A stretch of 64,000 nt of DNA from Phoronis australis (GCA_002633005.1 NMRA01000058.1:844511-908510); one strand, 5' to 3'; shown: positions 14,040 to 27,390, counted from the first letter of the stretch. Notes: generated by a model not told the origin, from the sequence alone. Translations and numbers: made by a program.

Positions 14040-15317
14040 ATGGTGACGCTTTTGAAAACCACTGCAGTGACCAATTCAGACATCACGCTTTCCTGGGATT
14101 TCAAAGCCGTCGACCACAACGACATCGTCAACTGGCGAGTCTACCACCAACAGATGGGAAAACAACCAATCACGTTAAGTGAGCTGTTGGGGAGGAGCGA
14201 GCGGTCCTACACAATCACCGGATTAGAATCCGATCAAGACTACCGTGTATGCTTGCTGGCGATCCACAATAGCACAACTCATTCTGAATGTATTGACACT
14301 TCAACTTCAACCTGGCACATGCCAGTCAGTATTGGTAGCACTGTTGGTGCCCTCGTGGCACTAACCGTCATAATTACCATTGTTCTGCTTGCCAAGTGTC
14401 GTGGAAAGCAAAAACAGAGATCACGCCGAAACAGCTCCAAATGCTATTTCAGCACGTCCCACTTCAGTTCCTCGATGGACCCCAACCTGGAGATAAGCGA
14501 CCTCAATCCTGTGTCTGAAGTTGACGATAGTAGTGCAACTGCACCGAATGAGAGTAAATTCAGCTACTACTACAGTGATGGCAAACATGGATACCACAGT
14601 GTACCGCCTTGCGACAAATCAATTCAAGAAAAGTCCCCAGAACATTGGGAAGGCCCAAGTAAATGTGAAGACGAAGCAGATAATTCTCTTGCTATAAATT
14701 CCGAAACGCAGTGCGACCTGAATTGTAACAAACCATCAGTCAATACTATTAAACCAGGTGAAGATACAAATACAAATAAGAAGGTAAAAAGGGACAAGCA
14801 CAGACCAGGCCACAGCAAGCAAACATCCACAGCTACGTTCAGCATGCACTGTGATGTGGATTCTATTGGCAGGGATTTGAGTAATCACCACAAAAGTGTT
14901 CTAGCAAGCAACGAAATCAACACATCTGTCGCCCAGCATCATGTTGCGAAGAAGCAGGAACATGCCCATGAAAATAGGCAGACAGGCAGCTGTGCCGATA
15001 ATCACCAGAAAATTTGTTCTGCCGCTGATCACAAAAAGAGGTGTGTAAAAAACAAAGCTGATGGTCAAGCTGAACCTGCCATAGCAGATCAATCAATCTC
15101 AATTAAGTTTACAGGCGAGAATGTCACAGTAGCTACGTCAATTGCAGAAATGAACAGTCCAGGCAACGATTCATCAATCATAACAACTCAATCGGCAGAT
15201 GCAAAATGTGTGGGAAATCAAAGTGGAGTGAACAGGAAGGGGGTTAATGTTAGTTGCAGAGCTGGCAATTTAAAAGAAAGTCAGCTTTTGGACATGCTGC
15301 CAGAATCCGCGGTGTAA
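14040..15317 (+). CDS. Fibronectin type III domain single-pass membrane protein (425 aa) with a long low-complexity cytoplasmic tail; single coding exon
   Basis: FN3 motifs ITLSW...WRVYHQ...YTITGLESDQDYRVCLLA, then the hydrophobic helix SIGSTVGALVALTVIITIVLLA followed by basic KCRGKQKQRSRR. Uninterrupted 1278-bp ORF. Upstream acceptor tttcacag at 13993; AATAAA at 15679. Confidence 0.85.
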   Translation: MVTLLKTTAVTNSDITLSWDFKAVDHNDIVNWRVYHQQMGKQPITLSELLGRSERSYTITGLESDQDYRVCLLAIHNSTTHSECIDTSTSTWHMPVSIGSTVGALVALTVIITIVLLAKCRGKQKQRSRRNSSKCYFSTSHFSSSMDPNLEISDLNPVSEVDDSSATAPNESKFSYYYSDGKHGYHSVPPCDKSIQEKSPEHWEGPSKCEDEADNSLAINSETQCDLNCNKPSVNTIKPGEDTNTNKKVKRDKHRPGHSKQTSTATFSMHCDVDSIGRDLSNHHKSVLASNEINTSVAQHHVAKKQEHAHENRQTGSCADNHQKICSAADHKKRCVKNKADGQAEPAIADQSISIKFTGENVTVATSIAEMNSPGNDSSIITTQSADAKCVGNQSGVNRKGVNVSCRAGNLKESQLLDMLPESAV

Positions 15318-15801
15318 ACAGACTAAGGATGGAATTATGCATCAATGTTTATTGGTATGAAATGCATTAACCAAATGGAATTGTGCTGTTGGGGTAGAAT
15401 TTAACTACGTAATTGGCCAGTTGATTGGAAAAATAGTACATTCTACAATGCCCGTTTTTAAATCAAACAGTGATGCATCAATTAGCTTAAATTATATCAC
15501 TTATTTGCAGAAATTCTGTTTTTCTAAACTGGATAAAATTTGTGAAAACCAGTAGATAAAAGCAGTTTTTAGCACATTTTATACTCTGATTAAAGAGGTA
15601 GATGGATCTCTAATGCAGATGCATTTCATGTCTTGTAAGAACACAAAAACCTCAACAAGTATTTATTGCTCTAGAAACAATAAACAAGTCAAATCCTCCA
15701 TGATGGTGGCGTGATGACCGATCACAGACTGAATTTTCACTTCATAGGATGATTGGGATATATTGAAAGCCCAAATTAGATTTTCTGGATTCTACAGATA
15801 A

Positions 15802-16012
15802 GGTGTAGAGTTCGTTTAAAATGATACGTCATAGATTGTTAGATAATTTCTTTTTTCATTTCTCGTATTGTCTAAAAATACTCCTCGTGTGCGGATCGCA
15901 TCTGTGCAGTAGCTCCCCGAGGGACATCGGAAAAAGGACTATCGATAGAATTTGTTTGTTTTTTACCGATGTTGCTCTGGGAGCTACTGCACATTTTTAT
16001 GAATTCTGCACC
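15802..16012. mobile_element. Small foldback/MITE hairpin
   Basis: TGTGCAGTAGCTCCCCGAGGGACATCGG (15903) pairs with CCGATGTTGCTCTGGGAGCTACTGCACA (to 15993). Outer arms GGTGTAGAGTTC and GAATTCTGCACC. Confidence 0.6.
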
Positions 16013-16720
16013 AGAGGCACAACTGAGTTCTACAGATCAAGACAAAAGTAATTATGCCATTTATCCTATTTCTAAAATATTGGACACAGCGTTTTATATC
16101 AACAGAGTCTCAAAATAGACTTAATAAATCATAAAATCACAGCAAACAGTTGCCGACGCAAGTTTCATGTGTGTCCATAAAGTTTTACAGCAAGGTAAAC
16201 TGCAGCATGTAGTTGATCATAGTTCTTAACTTCGGGATAGCTAATATTGCCCTTCGTGATAAGGTGAAAGTAATCACAAAAAGTTCTAACACACAGCACA
16301 CTGATCATAGAGCTGTTACATGCGATGATTGTCTACAAAGTTGCACATGGCAATAGAACTTGCTGGTAACTACTGTTAACATTTTGGAAAATAATAACAA
16401 CAGTTTTTGGAAGTATACGTTGGAACGAGTTACTGTACTGAAATTTAGGATGAGCATTTAATCTGCACTACTGCAGTAAATATATTTTTGAAGTTCATAT
16501 GCCTGACAACTTAAATGGAATTGTTTTCAAAACTGCACTGAATCTTGGCGGAAACAACCCACAGCTCACTTTACTAAGAGACTTCGTTGAAAATGCGACT
16601 AGATTTTTTATTTGCAAGCTTGATACTGGTTCACTCGTTATCGGAACAATCTCCTTTCATCAGGTGCGCAGCTATGTAATAAAACACCGAGCGACGCAAC
16701 AAACAAACAAATTAAGAACA

Positions 16721-16760
16721 CTAGCTATATGTCGAGACTGCACGTTTCATCATCAGCCAG
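16721..16760 (-). ncRNA. Degenerate minimal hammerhead ribozyme (PLE arm)
   Basis: Minus strand reads CTGG-CTGATGA-T-GAAAC gtgca GTCTC-GACA-TATAGCTAG. CUGAUGA is intact, GAAA is mutated to GACA, and stem II has one mismatch. Confidence 0.55.
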
Positions 16761-17241
16761 TAAGTGGAATGAACATATATTAAACAGCAAAATAAACAGT
16801 GAAATACACGCAACAGTGGGAAAAGGGGTATACAAGCAGAGACTGTGAATGCAACATATGGTAGGAAGCCCGCAACCCTATCGAAACAGAGCCAGCATGG
16901 GGTATACCTGTGAGCAGCTCATTCAACACGGGTTTTTTCGCTACTGATCAATAGCGATTCCAAAATCTTTAGCTGAAATGTAGCTTCAACATAGCGAATG
17001 ATGGTATTGTCTAGTTCTTGCCTGGTAATTTTGCGGCCATGTTGGTGTATAAAATGATCTTGAATGGACCCCCCTGCAAGTGCATTTACAACCATTGCAG
17101 GAGAACATACTGTGTGCCCAATGTAACGCTGCTCACAAGAATGAGGACATTCACCCATATGACATGTGAATTGGTAAACAACCTCCCGCTGACTTGTGTA
17201 TTTCACTGTTTATTTCGCTACGTATATGTTCATTCCACTTA

Positions 17242-17280
17242 TTGCCTTATGATGAGACATGAAGTCTCGAAATGCAGCAA
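17242..17280 (+). ncRNA. Degenerate minimal hammerhead ribozyme (PLE arm)
   Basis: TTGC-CTTATGA-T-GAGAC atgaa GTCTC-GAAA-TGCA-GCAA. Stem II and GAAA are intact, and CUGAUGA is mutated to CUUAUGA. Confidence 0.55.
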
Positions 17281-18774
17281 GTGTTTTAATTTGTTTGTTT
17301 GTTATGTCTCTTGGTGTTTTAATACATAGCTGCACACCTGAAGAAAGGAGATTGTTCCAATACTACGAACGAACCAGTATCAAGCTTGCAAACAAAAAGT
17401 CTAGTAGTGTTTTCAACGAAGTTTGTGTAAACGAAGGGCTGCAACCAAACTACACTGATTACAATGAGAAAAGAGAAATGAACAACATTGAAGAAACAAT
17501 GGCCAAAACAGGGATATTCCTCATCATGTTTGAACCTGTGCCCTTTGGGTACACCTGATGATAAAAACTGTGCCTTTTGCCCAGTAGACTTGGTATAGTT
17601 AAAGTGGTAACATATGAATCAGAAACCCCAAGGGCAATTGAAAGAAGAATAGAGCCATGTTCATGTAAAAGCTGAATCTTTATTTAAAATATGTATACAT
17701 AAAAAGGCAATCTGACAAAGACTTCAAACAGATTGTTCAGCAGTGGTGGAATTAGAACTAGTCATGTTATGTAAAGTCTGACATGACGAATCAAAAAGCA
17801 GACAGTTTTTTTAGATGTCTAAATGTTTAAAGTTGACTGTGGCTTCGCCATTCTTCTGTCTGACAGCTCCTAAAGCAGACTTAACTTAGCGCATGTGATG
17901 TCGCATCCTCTGTCAAAGATAATTGAATGTCAAGGTCGCAGCTGCAGCCGAGCGATGCGTTTTCAATTGTAAACAGGAATGGTAATTTTCGATCAAATAG
18001 TGGAAACCCAAAACAGCCTGTTAACTTTGTCTTATGTTAAAGAAATCTGCGACTTATCTGTTACCCGACTGGCTGTAAGTTGACTAGAATCTTACATTTC
18101 TGGAAGTGTTGCGTTCTAAAAGATGCGTTTAGGGGGGGTGCACAGCTGCAATGCACTTCCGCCTTTTTTTATGAGCTAATGGCGTAAAGGCATGGTCCAT
18201 GAATATCCCTGCCAAAGAAAAGCTGGATCTCAAAACTTCTACCAGATACAAGTTATGTTAGTAGACCATGCTAAGAAAGGAACTTTTTGTAAACAGTCCA
18301 CAGCTAAAGAGAAAACTACCAGCGATTTACTCTGTCTATTACTGAAAGCAACCTGCTGTTGGCTTGAACACCGCGTAACAAATTGGATATTGTACTCCTG
18401 ATATAAAAATTATTTGACGTCAGAAATAATAGCTCAAATTCATGATAAATGAATTAAGCGCCTCCAGGCTTTTCTAGGCCCTTCACTTTTCTCCAATAAA
18501 TGCAAGACAGATTTCAGGGAAACCAAAACATCAAAACATTGCTAAACCCTTACACTGTAAAACTGTAGTTAATCTTAGAGTAATGATCAGTTATGTACAA
18601 CATCAACACAAGTAAACTACACTTTTACCATGCATCATCTTCGAAGTGTGTGAAGTCTCAATTCATAAACTAACATAACCTTTCCGCATAGTTTTTACCA
18701 ATTTTTAGCACACAGAATGAGTTTTATCTGTCAAAAGATAACGCAAAAATAGTTGCGTGTATTAGAGACCATCT

Positions 18775-20400
18775 TAAATGGATTTTTGGTATTCTGGAGG
18801 TAATGGATCTAGACATACACTTTTCCCCACTTCTACTTGGGTAACACTGTGAAAGGACCATATAACAGGACTATTCTTGAGGCTCCTGCAACAATACAGG
18901 CACTTAGTCGATGCATTCCACATAAGTTCACGTTTTGTGACATACTCAAGGCAAAGAAGCTTCAAATAAAGAAGGATTCATCACACTTTTAGGACTCGTT
19001 GCCAGATTACGTTTACAACAAACGTCCAAACAGAGGCACGCCCACTGCCGCCCACATGTGTGGATCATTATGATTTCAAATGTTCGCTTAATGTTCCACA
19101 AATGGCGGTATGACAAAGGGAATATCTAATACTTCTAGCAACGCCTTTAGTCAGACAAGATTGATTTTTTTTGCGCACGAATACAGCGCATTCTTTTTAT
19201 TACTCAGTATAATTAGTTTAGAATACTGGGGGTGGGGGAAACCAGGGGATGCCCGGGCACCACCTACATTTTGCTAAGTTTTTTCAAACACGGGATATGG
19301 TAAGAATGAATTTTAGGGTCAACATGTGTGGACTGCTAAGAGACTATCACAGATGAAACCAGTTCTCCCTGTTGCATTTAGGCAACAAGGACCCAACCAT
19401 TGGATTTAGCGGTCCTACCATGGCATTTATGATTCTGGTCCATGCATTGTTTCCAACTCCTTGTTATTGGCCATCGTTCGGCCATGGACATTGGAAATCA
19501 TTCAGCACTGGAACACAATCCGATTGTAAACAAAATACAAAATCTTTCCTGCTAGTAAGCTTCAAATCCATGATTTTGTCCTGTTAACTTACAAGACTAT
19601 CTGTCTAATGTGGGTTTGTTTCGACGGTGATAAAAAGCCTCATACTTGATGACAGCTTTTAACAGAAAAAGCGAGATCAACACAAACCAAATGTTGCCCA
19701 GTTATTCCTGTACTGACATGACTCAACAAATTCCGCAATGTGGTGTCCAGGTTGTATTGACCCATTCATTGATACGTTTGGCACTAATTCAGTTGTAATT
19801 TATTGCTGGTCATGTCTGGTACCAGCCGATCTGATACTAGTGTGAATACTACTGCGCACAGGTGGACAACTTTTCAGCAGACAATGTCATCCATCTGAAA
19901 TAGGATTGACACAGATCGAATACAAAATAGGTGGACCTAAGAAGAACAATCAAGTGATAATCCAATTGGCAACTCAACATGTTAGCCCTTTCAAGCATAG
20001 GCTGCCTTGGGAGAGCAGAGATTACAATACCTTGCTCCCTATACGGCCAAAACACGCTGGCCACTTGCCATATTAGGTTAACAAGAACATAAAATTTCCT
20101 TCAAAAATTGTGGTCACAACATCCAACATCTGCCCAAGTTTGACTATTGTTTTATGCCGCTAAATCCAATTTCTGTTTGCAAAACCGAGAATAGGTTGGT
20201 TTTGAACTCTGAACACTAGAAATACAGCAATATTTTTGTCTCATTTTCTGTAAAAAAAGCATCTGCATGTTATGAAAGATACAAGGTGTAAACACAACAA
20301 TACCGTATTTAATAAAGCTTGGGATATTGGCAGAGAGCAAAGCCTTGGGCTAATAACTTTTCAGAAGGTATAAGCAAATTTGCCAAAGAGAGTATATCTT
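18775..20400 (-). pseudogene. Heavily decayed hAT-like transposase fossil
   Basis: Colinear remnants in shifting frames: LAQGFALC/SFIKYGIV (~20300-20355), VSMNG (~19770, cf. SMDGPNVN), FLSPSKQ (~19630) and WSFHSVTQVE (~18850, cf. the hAT dimerisation motif FHGxxVE). Confidence 0.35.
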
Positions 20401-20529
20401 GGACAATCCATCACATTTGGAAGAAAAGTGAAATCGACAAATCATGTGTTTAACCGTTTATCTGTTCCAACTTCGAAGACAAGCTTAACGGGACTGCGCA
20501 AGCCATCAAATAGCAGGTAAAAAAGGTTA

Positions 20530-21948
20530 CCGTATTCGCCGTAATAACCGCCCATGCCCCTATGAACGCCCACCCCCCCCCCGCGCGTTTTCAGACTGCT
20601 GAAATAAGCACCCAGTCCATGAACGTGTGCATGCGAACAATGACATACCTACAGTCCTACAACTCAGCTACAGCAATGTCTTCAATTTATCAAAAATTAT
20701 TTGCACGGGTCTTCTAGATCACCAGCGGCACTGCTACGTTTGTATTTTGACTTTACACTTCAAAGTAGCACAGCGCTTCAAAAAGAACGCAACAGCATTG
20801 CTACGCTCTCACGATGACCGTGTCCCACTATGATCTGACCTTTCAGTAGACACATCGACTGTCTCATGAATAAAAATAACTCGGTGTTAAACGCACGTGG
20901 CCAGGAAGAGCGCACTACATACATGAACCTGTCATCAAAGACATTAGTCGGGAACTATCCATTCATGAAACGGGTAGCATAGCATCGATAAGAAATGAAT
21001 ATTGGCACTAATTTCCGACAATTTCTAATATTATAAAACATGTTTGAGTTAGTTTTGAGATGGATTGTTTGATTAACCATAATTGGTGTTTTTAAGCCGA
21101 ATATCTGATAAAATGACAACTGACAGTGAATGCTTACACACCCTTACACCGAAAAATAACTGTCAGATAGTTACGTACGCATCCAGCTACACGGAGACTA
21201 TAATATGGGCCTTACCGAGACAAATGTCGAAAGTTTTTAGCACGAGACCGGCAAGTGCTGAATGAAACACGCTATGGTTTAGGCCTACTGCTTGTGCAAA
21301 TTTCTTAAGACACATCTAGCTAGTTAGATTGCGTGGCTTTGGCCAAAAGACGGTCTCTGCTTTAGCAAATGAATTCTGGTGACACGCACGCACTCGCTTA
21401 TTCGCAGACGAACTTCAAAACAAACGTCACGTGACAACAACATGTGTGTTCGTCCAGACATTTTTCTCACCGTGTTGCCGATCATACATGTAGATGGCAC
21501 GATGTTGCACAGATTTGTACTTAACCTGCCGTTAATCCAGACTCCACGGGAACTTAAAAAATCTTAGAGACGCTACTTATAAAATTTAATGAGTATTTCA
21601 GGTAATTTGCTTGAGTCGAAACCATTTTTATTCAAGCATTGAAGTAGCCATATCGTAGACGGCGATTTCGAGGCAGTCAGTCGGCGAGTTTTGGCCCTGG
21701 GATTTCAGCACAATTTTCTGTAAAATGATCGTAATTTAGCAGCAAAGTTTGATAGCAATGCACAACAGTTTTGTTGAAAGTCTTTTATAGATTACATATA
21801 CGTCACAGAGCGTAAATTTGATGAATCTTAGCTTCCGATTTCACCCGTTTCGGAGACTGGGTTTCAACCGCCTTGGGTTATAATAAGTGCCACCCCCCCC
21901 GAACCGAACTTTTCTAAGCGCCCTGGGCGTTTATCACGGCGAATACGG
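20530..21948. mobile_element. Non-autonomous Tc1/mariner-pogo type element (CCGTA termini, TA TSD)
   Basis: TA-CCGTATTCGCCGTAATAACCGCCCA ... TGGGCGTTTATCACGGCGAATACGG-TA. Confidence 0.85.
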
Positions 21949-22852
21949 TAATAATTCCCACAACCCCATTTAATTGCCCTGCAGGTTATGTTCATAGGAG
22001 CAGAGATTTGTACGAACAACACATTTTGAAGTCATGTTGCTCAGTTTGGATGCACGACCCATGAATGCCAGACATTGTGACCCTATTAAACGAGGAATAT
22101 AAAATGGCACTCCGTAACATGTTCTGAAGTAAGCATGGATGTTTCACTTAAAAGACCGGACTAATTAAGAACGGTTAGTTACATGACTTCAAACGGCAAA
22201 TGAAAGGTGCTGAAAATAAGCGACAGCATATCCAAAACGACACTTAATGCTAAGAAGGCTTGTATGAGGTAAACCGTACCTTTAAACTCTATATTAAGTA
22301 TCAGCAAAATTTATCAAGTCATTTTTATAAATCGATGGGCTGGGAATTTTCTTGTCAAAANGCCTTGGGTTATAATAAGCGCCACCCCCCCCGAACCGAA
22401 CTTTTCTAAGCGCCCTGGGCGGTTATCACGGCGAATACGGTAATAATTGCCACAACCCCATTTAATTGCCCTGCAGGTTATGTTCACAGGAGCAGAGATT
22501 TGTACGAACAACACATTTTGAAGTCATGTTGCTCAGTTTGGATGCACGACCCATGAATGCCAGACAATGTGACCCTATTAAACGAGGAATATAAAATGGC
22601 ACTCCGTAACATGTTCTGAAGTAAGCATGGATGTTTCACTTAAAAGACCGGACTAATTAAGAACGGTTAGTTACATGACTTCAAACGGCAAATGAAAGGT
22701 GCTGAAAATAAGCGACAGCATATCCAAAACGACACTTAATGCTAAGAAGGCTTGTATGAGGTAAACCGTACCTTTAAACTCTATATTAAGTATCAGCAAA
22801 ATTTATCAAGTCATTTTTATAAATCGATGGGCTGGGAATTTTCTTGTCAAAA
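21870..22852. repeat. 491-bp direct duplication across the N at 22361 (probable uncollapsed haplotype overlap)
   Basis: 21870-22360 and 22362-22852 differ at about 5 positions and abut a single N. Confidence 0.85.
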
Positions 22853-25800
22853 ACTAAAACAACTGTGAGGGTGTGGCACAGCACTTGAATACGTTTGAAA
22901 ATGGACTGGTGGGAGACTATTCTCAACCCAAACCACTACATCAAGTTTCGACAAAATTCGTCGACTCACTTGTCAAAAACCAACAGACAATGGCACTTCT
23001 CAACGAAAAATAATCCACCAACAGGACGTGCAGTGGCACTCACATCAATCCAAAAATTGACTGATAACAGATAGCATGTTACTCTGCCAAGTTTCTGAAA
23101 AACCAGTTGTCATTAGTTTTACTCAAATTGATGGATAAGCATTTTTTTGTTCAAAACTTAAACAGCCAACACAGGGTGCCAAGTTGGACAAATCATGTTA
23201 GAAATCGATTGATGCCGATGCATCCCCACCACACAATTCCGTACTAAATTGCATCATGATCTGCCAGCGGTGTTTAGAAAAACATTGATGAACAAGCTAA
23301 GGTAACGATGGATAGATGGGATGCACACCACATGTGACCACAAACAATTTGAGAGTGCATAACAACGATTAATGTCATATTCACAATAAGATGTATCGAT
23401 AGTTCAAGAAATTGCAAAGTTGAAGAATTGATTTTTGCAATATGTTGTGTTGCCAGAATATGTCATTTTTTTGATTTTCTCATACAGCAGATTCCAATAG
23501 AATAACGTCTTGACACGATGTATATACAAGACCAAGTAATTAAATCGTCAACTGCTATAATTTAGTGAAAATACATTAAGTCTGAATTATTAATGAATCG
23601 TTCAATACAATCTCAAAAACATTCAAAATGGCTTATAAAAGTTACCTACATTTGACAAATATCGGTATTCTGCAGCAACTTTTCTCTCTAATTTCTTTGC
23701 ACCAGGAATATCTCGAAACGACAAGTTCTCAGCTTTTATTTGCAGCATGTCAGCATGCTCGATTAAGCCGTTCAGTCGACACATCAGAGGCAGTTGGACA
23801 CCACTTTCCATTCTGGTTAGTGTTTCTGTCATATCAAGTCAACACCATACAAACTGTAATTAGAAAAGAAAATTATTTGTCAAGAAACTGTTGGAAGACA
23901 TCACAACATCGAAAAGAGTCGCTTGTAAAAACTGTGCCCCAAAATAAAGTTCAAGCATTTTCAAAATTCCCTCCAAAAGGTTTTCATATAACTGGCAGAT
24001 AGTTGCAAAAGTTCACTAACATCCTGCAAAGAAATCAGGAGCTAAGGCAGGGTTGCAAACATACAACATCACAACTAGGGGACGCCACAGTTGTCAGACT
24101 TGACAGAAAATGAATGTCAACAATAGTTTCCTCATCAGGAACACAACTGCTGCGACTGATAATGACCCCTTGAGCTATTTGACAGATAAAGAGGCAAATA
24201 TCAAAAAACAACGAACTCAAAAAAAACAAAAACAACAGCCACTAGGTGGCTCAGAATATGTTAAATCTGTCCGAAAATGGAAAGACATTGATGTCTCCTC
24301 AACAGAAATTAATTTGCCAAATTTCACAAAAATTCGCCCTCAATTATTAGTTGAATTGGACTGAAACTCATCATCTGTTACCATCTCCATAGGAACATAT
24401 CCTCCAAAGGGTTAAGGAGATACAGCCGCGGACACAAAGACAAAATTGTTACTAGGGGGTGCCAGAGTAGTCGAAATCATTCAAAAAACCAAAATCTGCT
24501 AGGATTTTTCATCACAGCTGCTAATTTTCATGATGCTTTGAGAGCAATTGGGTAGACAGAGAGGCGGACGTCAAACATGTACTGAAAAAATGTTTAATGG
24601 CCACCAGGTGCCAAATAATGCGACAAATGAGAAGGCGTCATCATCACCTTAATAGAAACCTATTGCTAACTTTCTTGAAAATCCATCAAGTACCCCAAAG
24701 ATACAGAGGCAAACGTAAAAAAGTAAAATTGGCACTGGCAGACAGAACTGTAGTAGGATCAGTTCGAAACTCGCCATGGGTTGTCGTCAGGTTCATAGGA
24801 ACACATCTGCCATACGTCACACTATGATCTTGCAATGGTTTCGGAGACACAACAGTGGACACCAGACGTCCAGAGATGACAGAAATATGCACCCAAGCAG
24901 TAGAATAACTGCTCGCTTAATAAGCAACAGCTCTTTGGCCAATGACTACAGATGCTAGGCTCACACACCAGCAGTCAGGGTTTGACGTCAACTGCCAGGC
25001 AGAATGATGTACTTTTCTCCACACTAAACAGGGACATCAAGCCTAGGTGCAAAGTTGCATACTCTTTTGGAACGATGTGTTCGTGAAAAAGTGACACAAA
25101 TGAATATCATTAAAACTACTCTTACAAAAATTGCTGTCATTCTGTTGCTAATTTTGTGGAGCAATATCTTTCAGCCGCTTTCAACACCTTGAAACAGAGT
25201 GCCACCTATTGGCCGACTTCTTTTTCTGACAATTCCTTAATCAATAGTTTCTTCTATGAGGTTGTACAGATCACAACCAACTACAGCAAAGGATTTTATT
25301 TCGGATCATCAGCAATTTCTGAGCAAAATATGCTTCCACAAAGTTGTCGCCGTCTCTAGGAAAGATGACGTAAAACATTGACGCATGCGTGTCACAAGCG
25401 CACTGTTTTGAATTTGACAGTCTTTCTTTGTTTCAAAAGCTGGAAAATGATGCGATAAAAAATGTTTATTGCTAAATGTTAATTTAAGTATCGTGATGAG
25501 GTGATGAACAGAGTTGCGGAATTTTGATGTCCATAGAAATTGTACTGCAGTGGGATGCCAATTTCTATACAGCTAGCTGGCCCGCTAAGGGTCATCCAGC
25601 AGTTCAGCCATCTGCATTGACACAATTACAACCAACTAAGAACATTGGTACACAGAATAATACAAGTGACTACATGGTATGTATGGAAGCACTAGATTGG
25701 ATATAAACACCTTGACATCAATGCAATAATCATTCTGATATCTTTTGGTCTTAAATATGCCAATTTTAGGTAATCTGACCTGACCAAAAAGTTGTGACCT

Positions 25801-27390
25801 TGGCCTTTAAGAAAACATGGCTGCCAACCAGCGATTTTCAACAAGTGGACAAGTAAATTACAATGCTGCTCTCCATGCTTAAGCATCGGTAGCAGCTAAA
25901 GTATGAGAAATGTCGAGCGGAAATAGCTACATCTTAAAGTGAACATTAGTGTTCATCACAAGAGACAGGTGTATTTCTTGAAGACTGTTTTATTTTAAAG
26001 CTTTAATCAGAATTTCTGTCTGATTTAGGCAGGGTGTGCAGCTGCGGGATTCTTTCCCCAGGCAGTAAAAACATTTTTTCATTCCAGAACATTTGACCCT
26101 GTCGTAACATAATATACGGTAATCAGCAATTCTTTAAATTGAAAACTAAGGAACCATTAAAAAATACTGTCACTGTACACAAAGTATACAACGTATTTAC
26201 AAAAGTGACATCATAAATTTACATACTAAGGTAGAAAGCCAGCTAGCTGTATCGTCAACTTACAGGTAGCTGTGCTGAGCTCCGTTAGGCACCGAAACTT
26301 CACACAACCCAGGTAGCTCAGCTCATCACCTCGTTGTGAAACTTATACAGAGCTAATGACCTGCAGGGGTGCATGTAGAATCTTCGGGAATCACTAGCGA
26401 CACCCGCCTTGCTCGTTGCAGCCGTTTAAGTGAAAAAACAATCTAATAAACATCATGTTTGCGGAATTGTCCGCTTTTTTGTGAAAGTCTGTCATTCTTT
26501 TAAACACAATATACTCGTGACACGCAAACACGTCATTTCCTATTGAAATTTTATGATAACTGTCGGGAAATGACGACAACTTCATAGCAAATTGGGTTAG
26601 CTGGAATTAAAATACTAAAAAACTTGGAACGAAATGAAACCAGTTCCGGAAGAGAACTACAGTTGAAGAATCTGGGAAATTGGCCAATAGGTGGAACAGT
26701 GGTGCCAGAGATGTTCCAAAAGAGCCCACTCCAATTTTAAAAGCAAAAAACAGTAGAACGCCAATTTTTCCAACATCAGTAAATAACTAAGTTTTCTCAA
26801 GGAAGTTTAATGACGTCATTAATTTTGGCGGAGATAGGTCCGAAGAAGTATATACGCAACGGAAGCCCGAGGGGGTGAAATTAAGCTGACAGACTGATGT
26901 CATCCAGGCGGTTGAGCCGATGGACTAATGTCACCAAGGCCAGTATGAAGCTGGCCACCCTCCCTCTGCGTCCGCAAAAAAACAGCCCCCGGGAAAAATA
27001 GAACACCTTGTATCTATATAGAGGGCCAGTGCACCACCTGGGACCAAGGCGGTGTCGAAACGGGTGCAACAAAGGTCTGTAGAGGTGCGGGGTAGACGGA
27101 GTTTGTGTGAACGATAGTAGACTAGTAACAAGACTAGATCTAATTTAATTGCAAGAGTAAAGGACCGTAGAACATTCCAAAAGGACAAAATTTATTCACA
27201 GTCAAGTCTCAACTCAGTAGCAAAATCCGCCAATACCAGGACTTGAATCGGGCTTTCCCGCGGGATAACTATGCATCCTAACCATTGGGTTACCAAGCAA
27301 TTGTCGCTTGGCAAGTGATTTTGAGAGGCTTTATACAGCTCGTCACGGGATGCCATGGGTCACAATACTCCTCTCCCTTCAAGCTAGACA

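Larger units (their letters stand above)
16540..17460. mobile_element. Old Penelope-like element: GIY-YIG fragment (- strand, 16919-17195) between diverged inverted pseudo-LTR arms
   Basis: VVYQFTCHMGECPHSCEQRYIGHT...SIQDH...LKILESLLI is a PLE GIY-YIG endonuclease. 16540-16809 is a diverged reverse complement of 17196-17460. The arm encodes a PLE N-terminal-like stretch, ERTSIKLANKKSSSVFNEVCVNEGLQPNYT. Confidence 0.8.

Noticed and set aside
24110-24390. K/Q-rich ORF ending KWKDID...LPNF, reminiscent of a piggyBac transposase N-terminus
   Set aside because: Too short, with no DDD core or TTAA-bounded TIRs identified.
27225-27295. tRNA-like sequence on the minus strand (also 37300, 48330 and 62335)
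   Set aside because: A/B boxes are present but the cloverleaf pairing is broken. These are SINE heads or pseudogenes, not tRNA genes.
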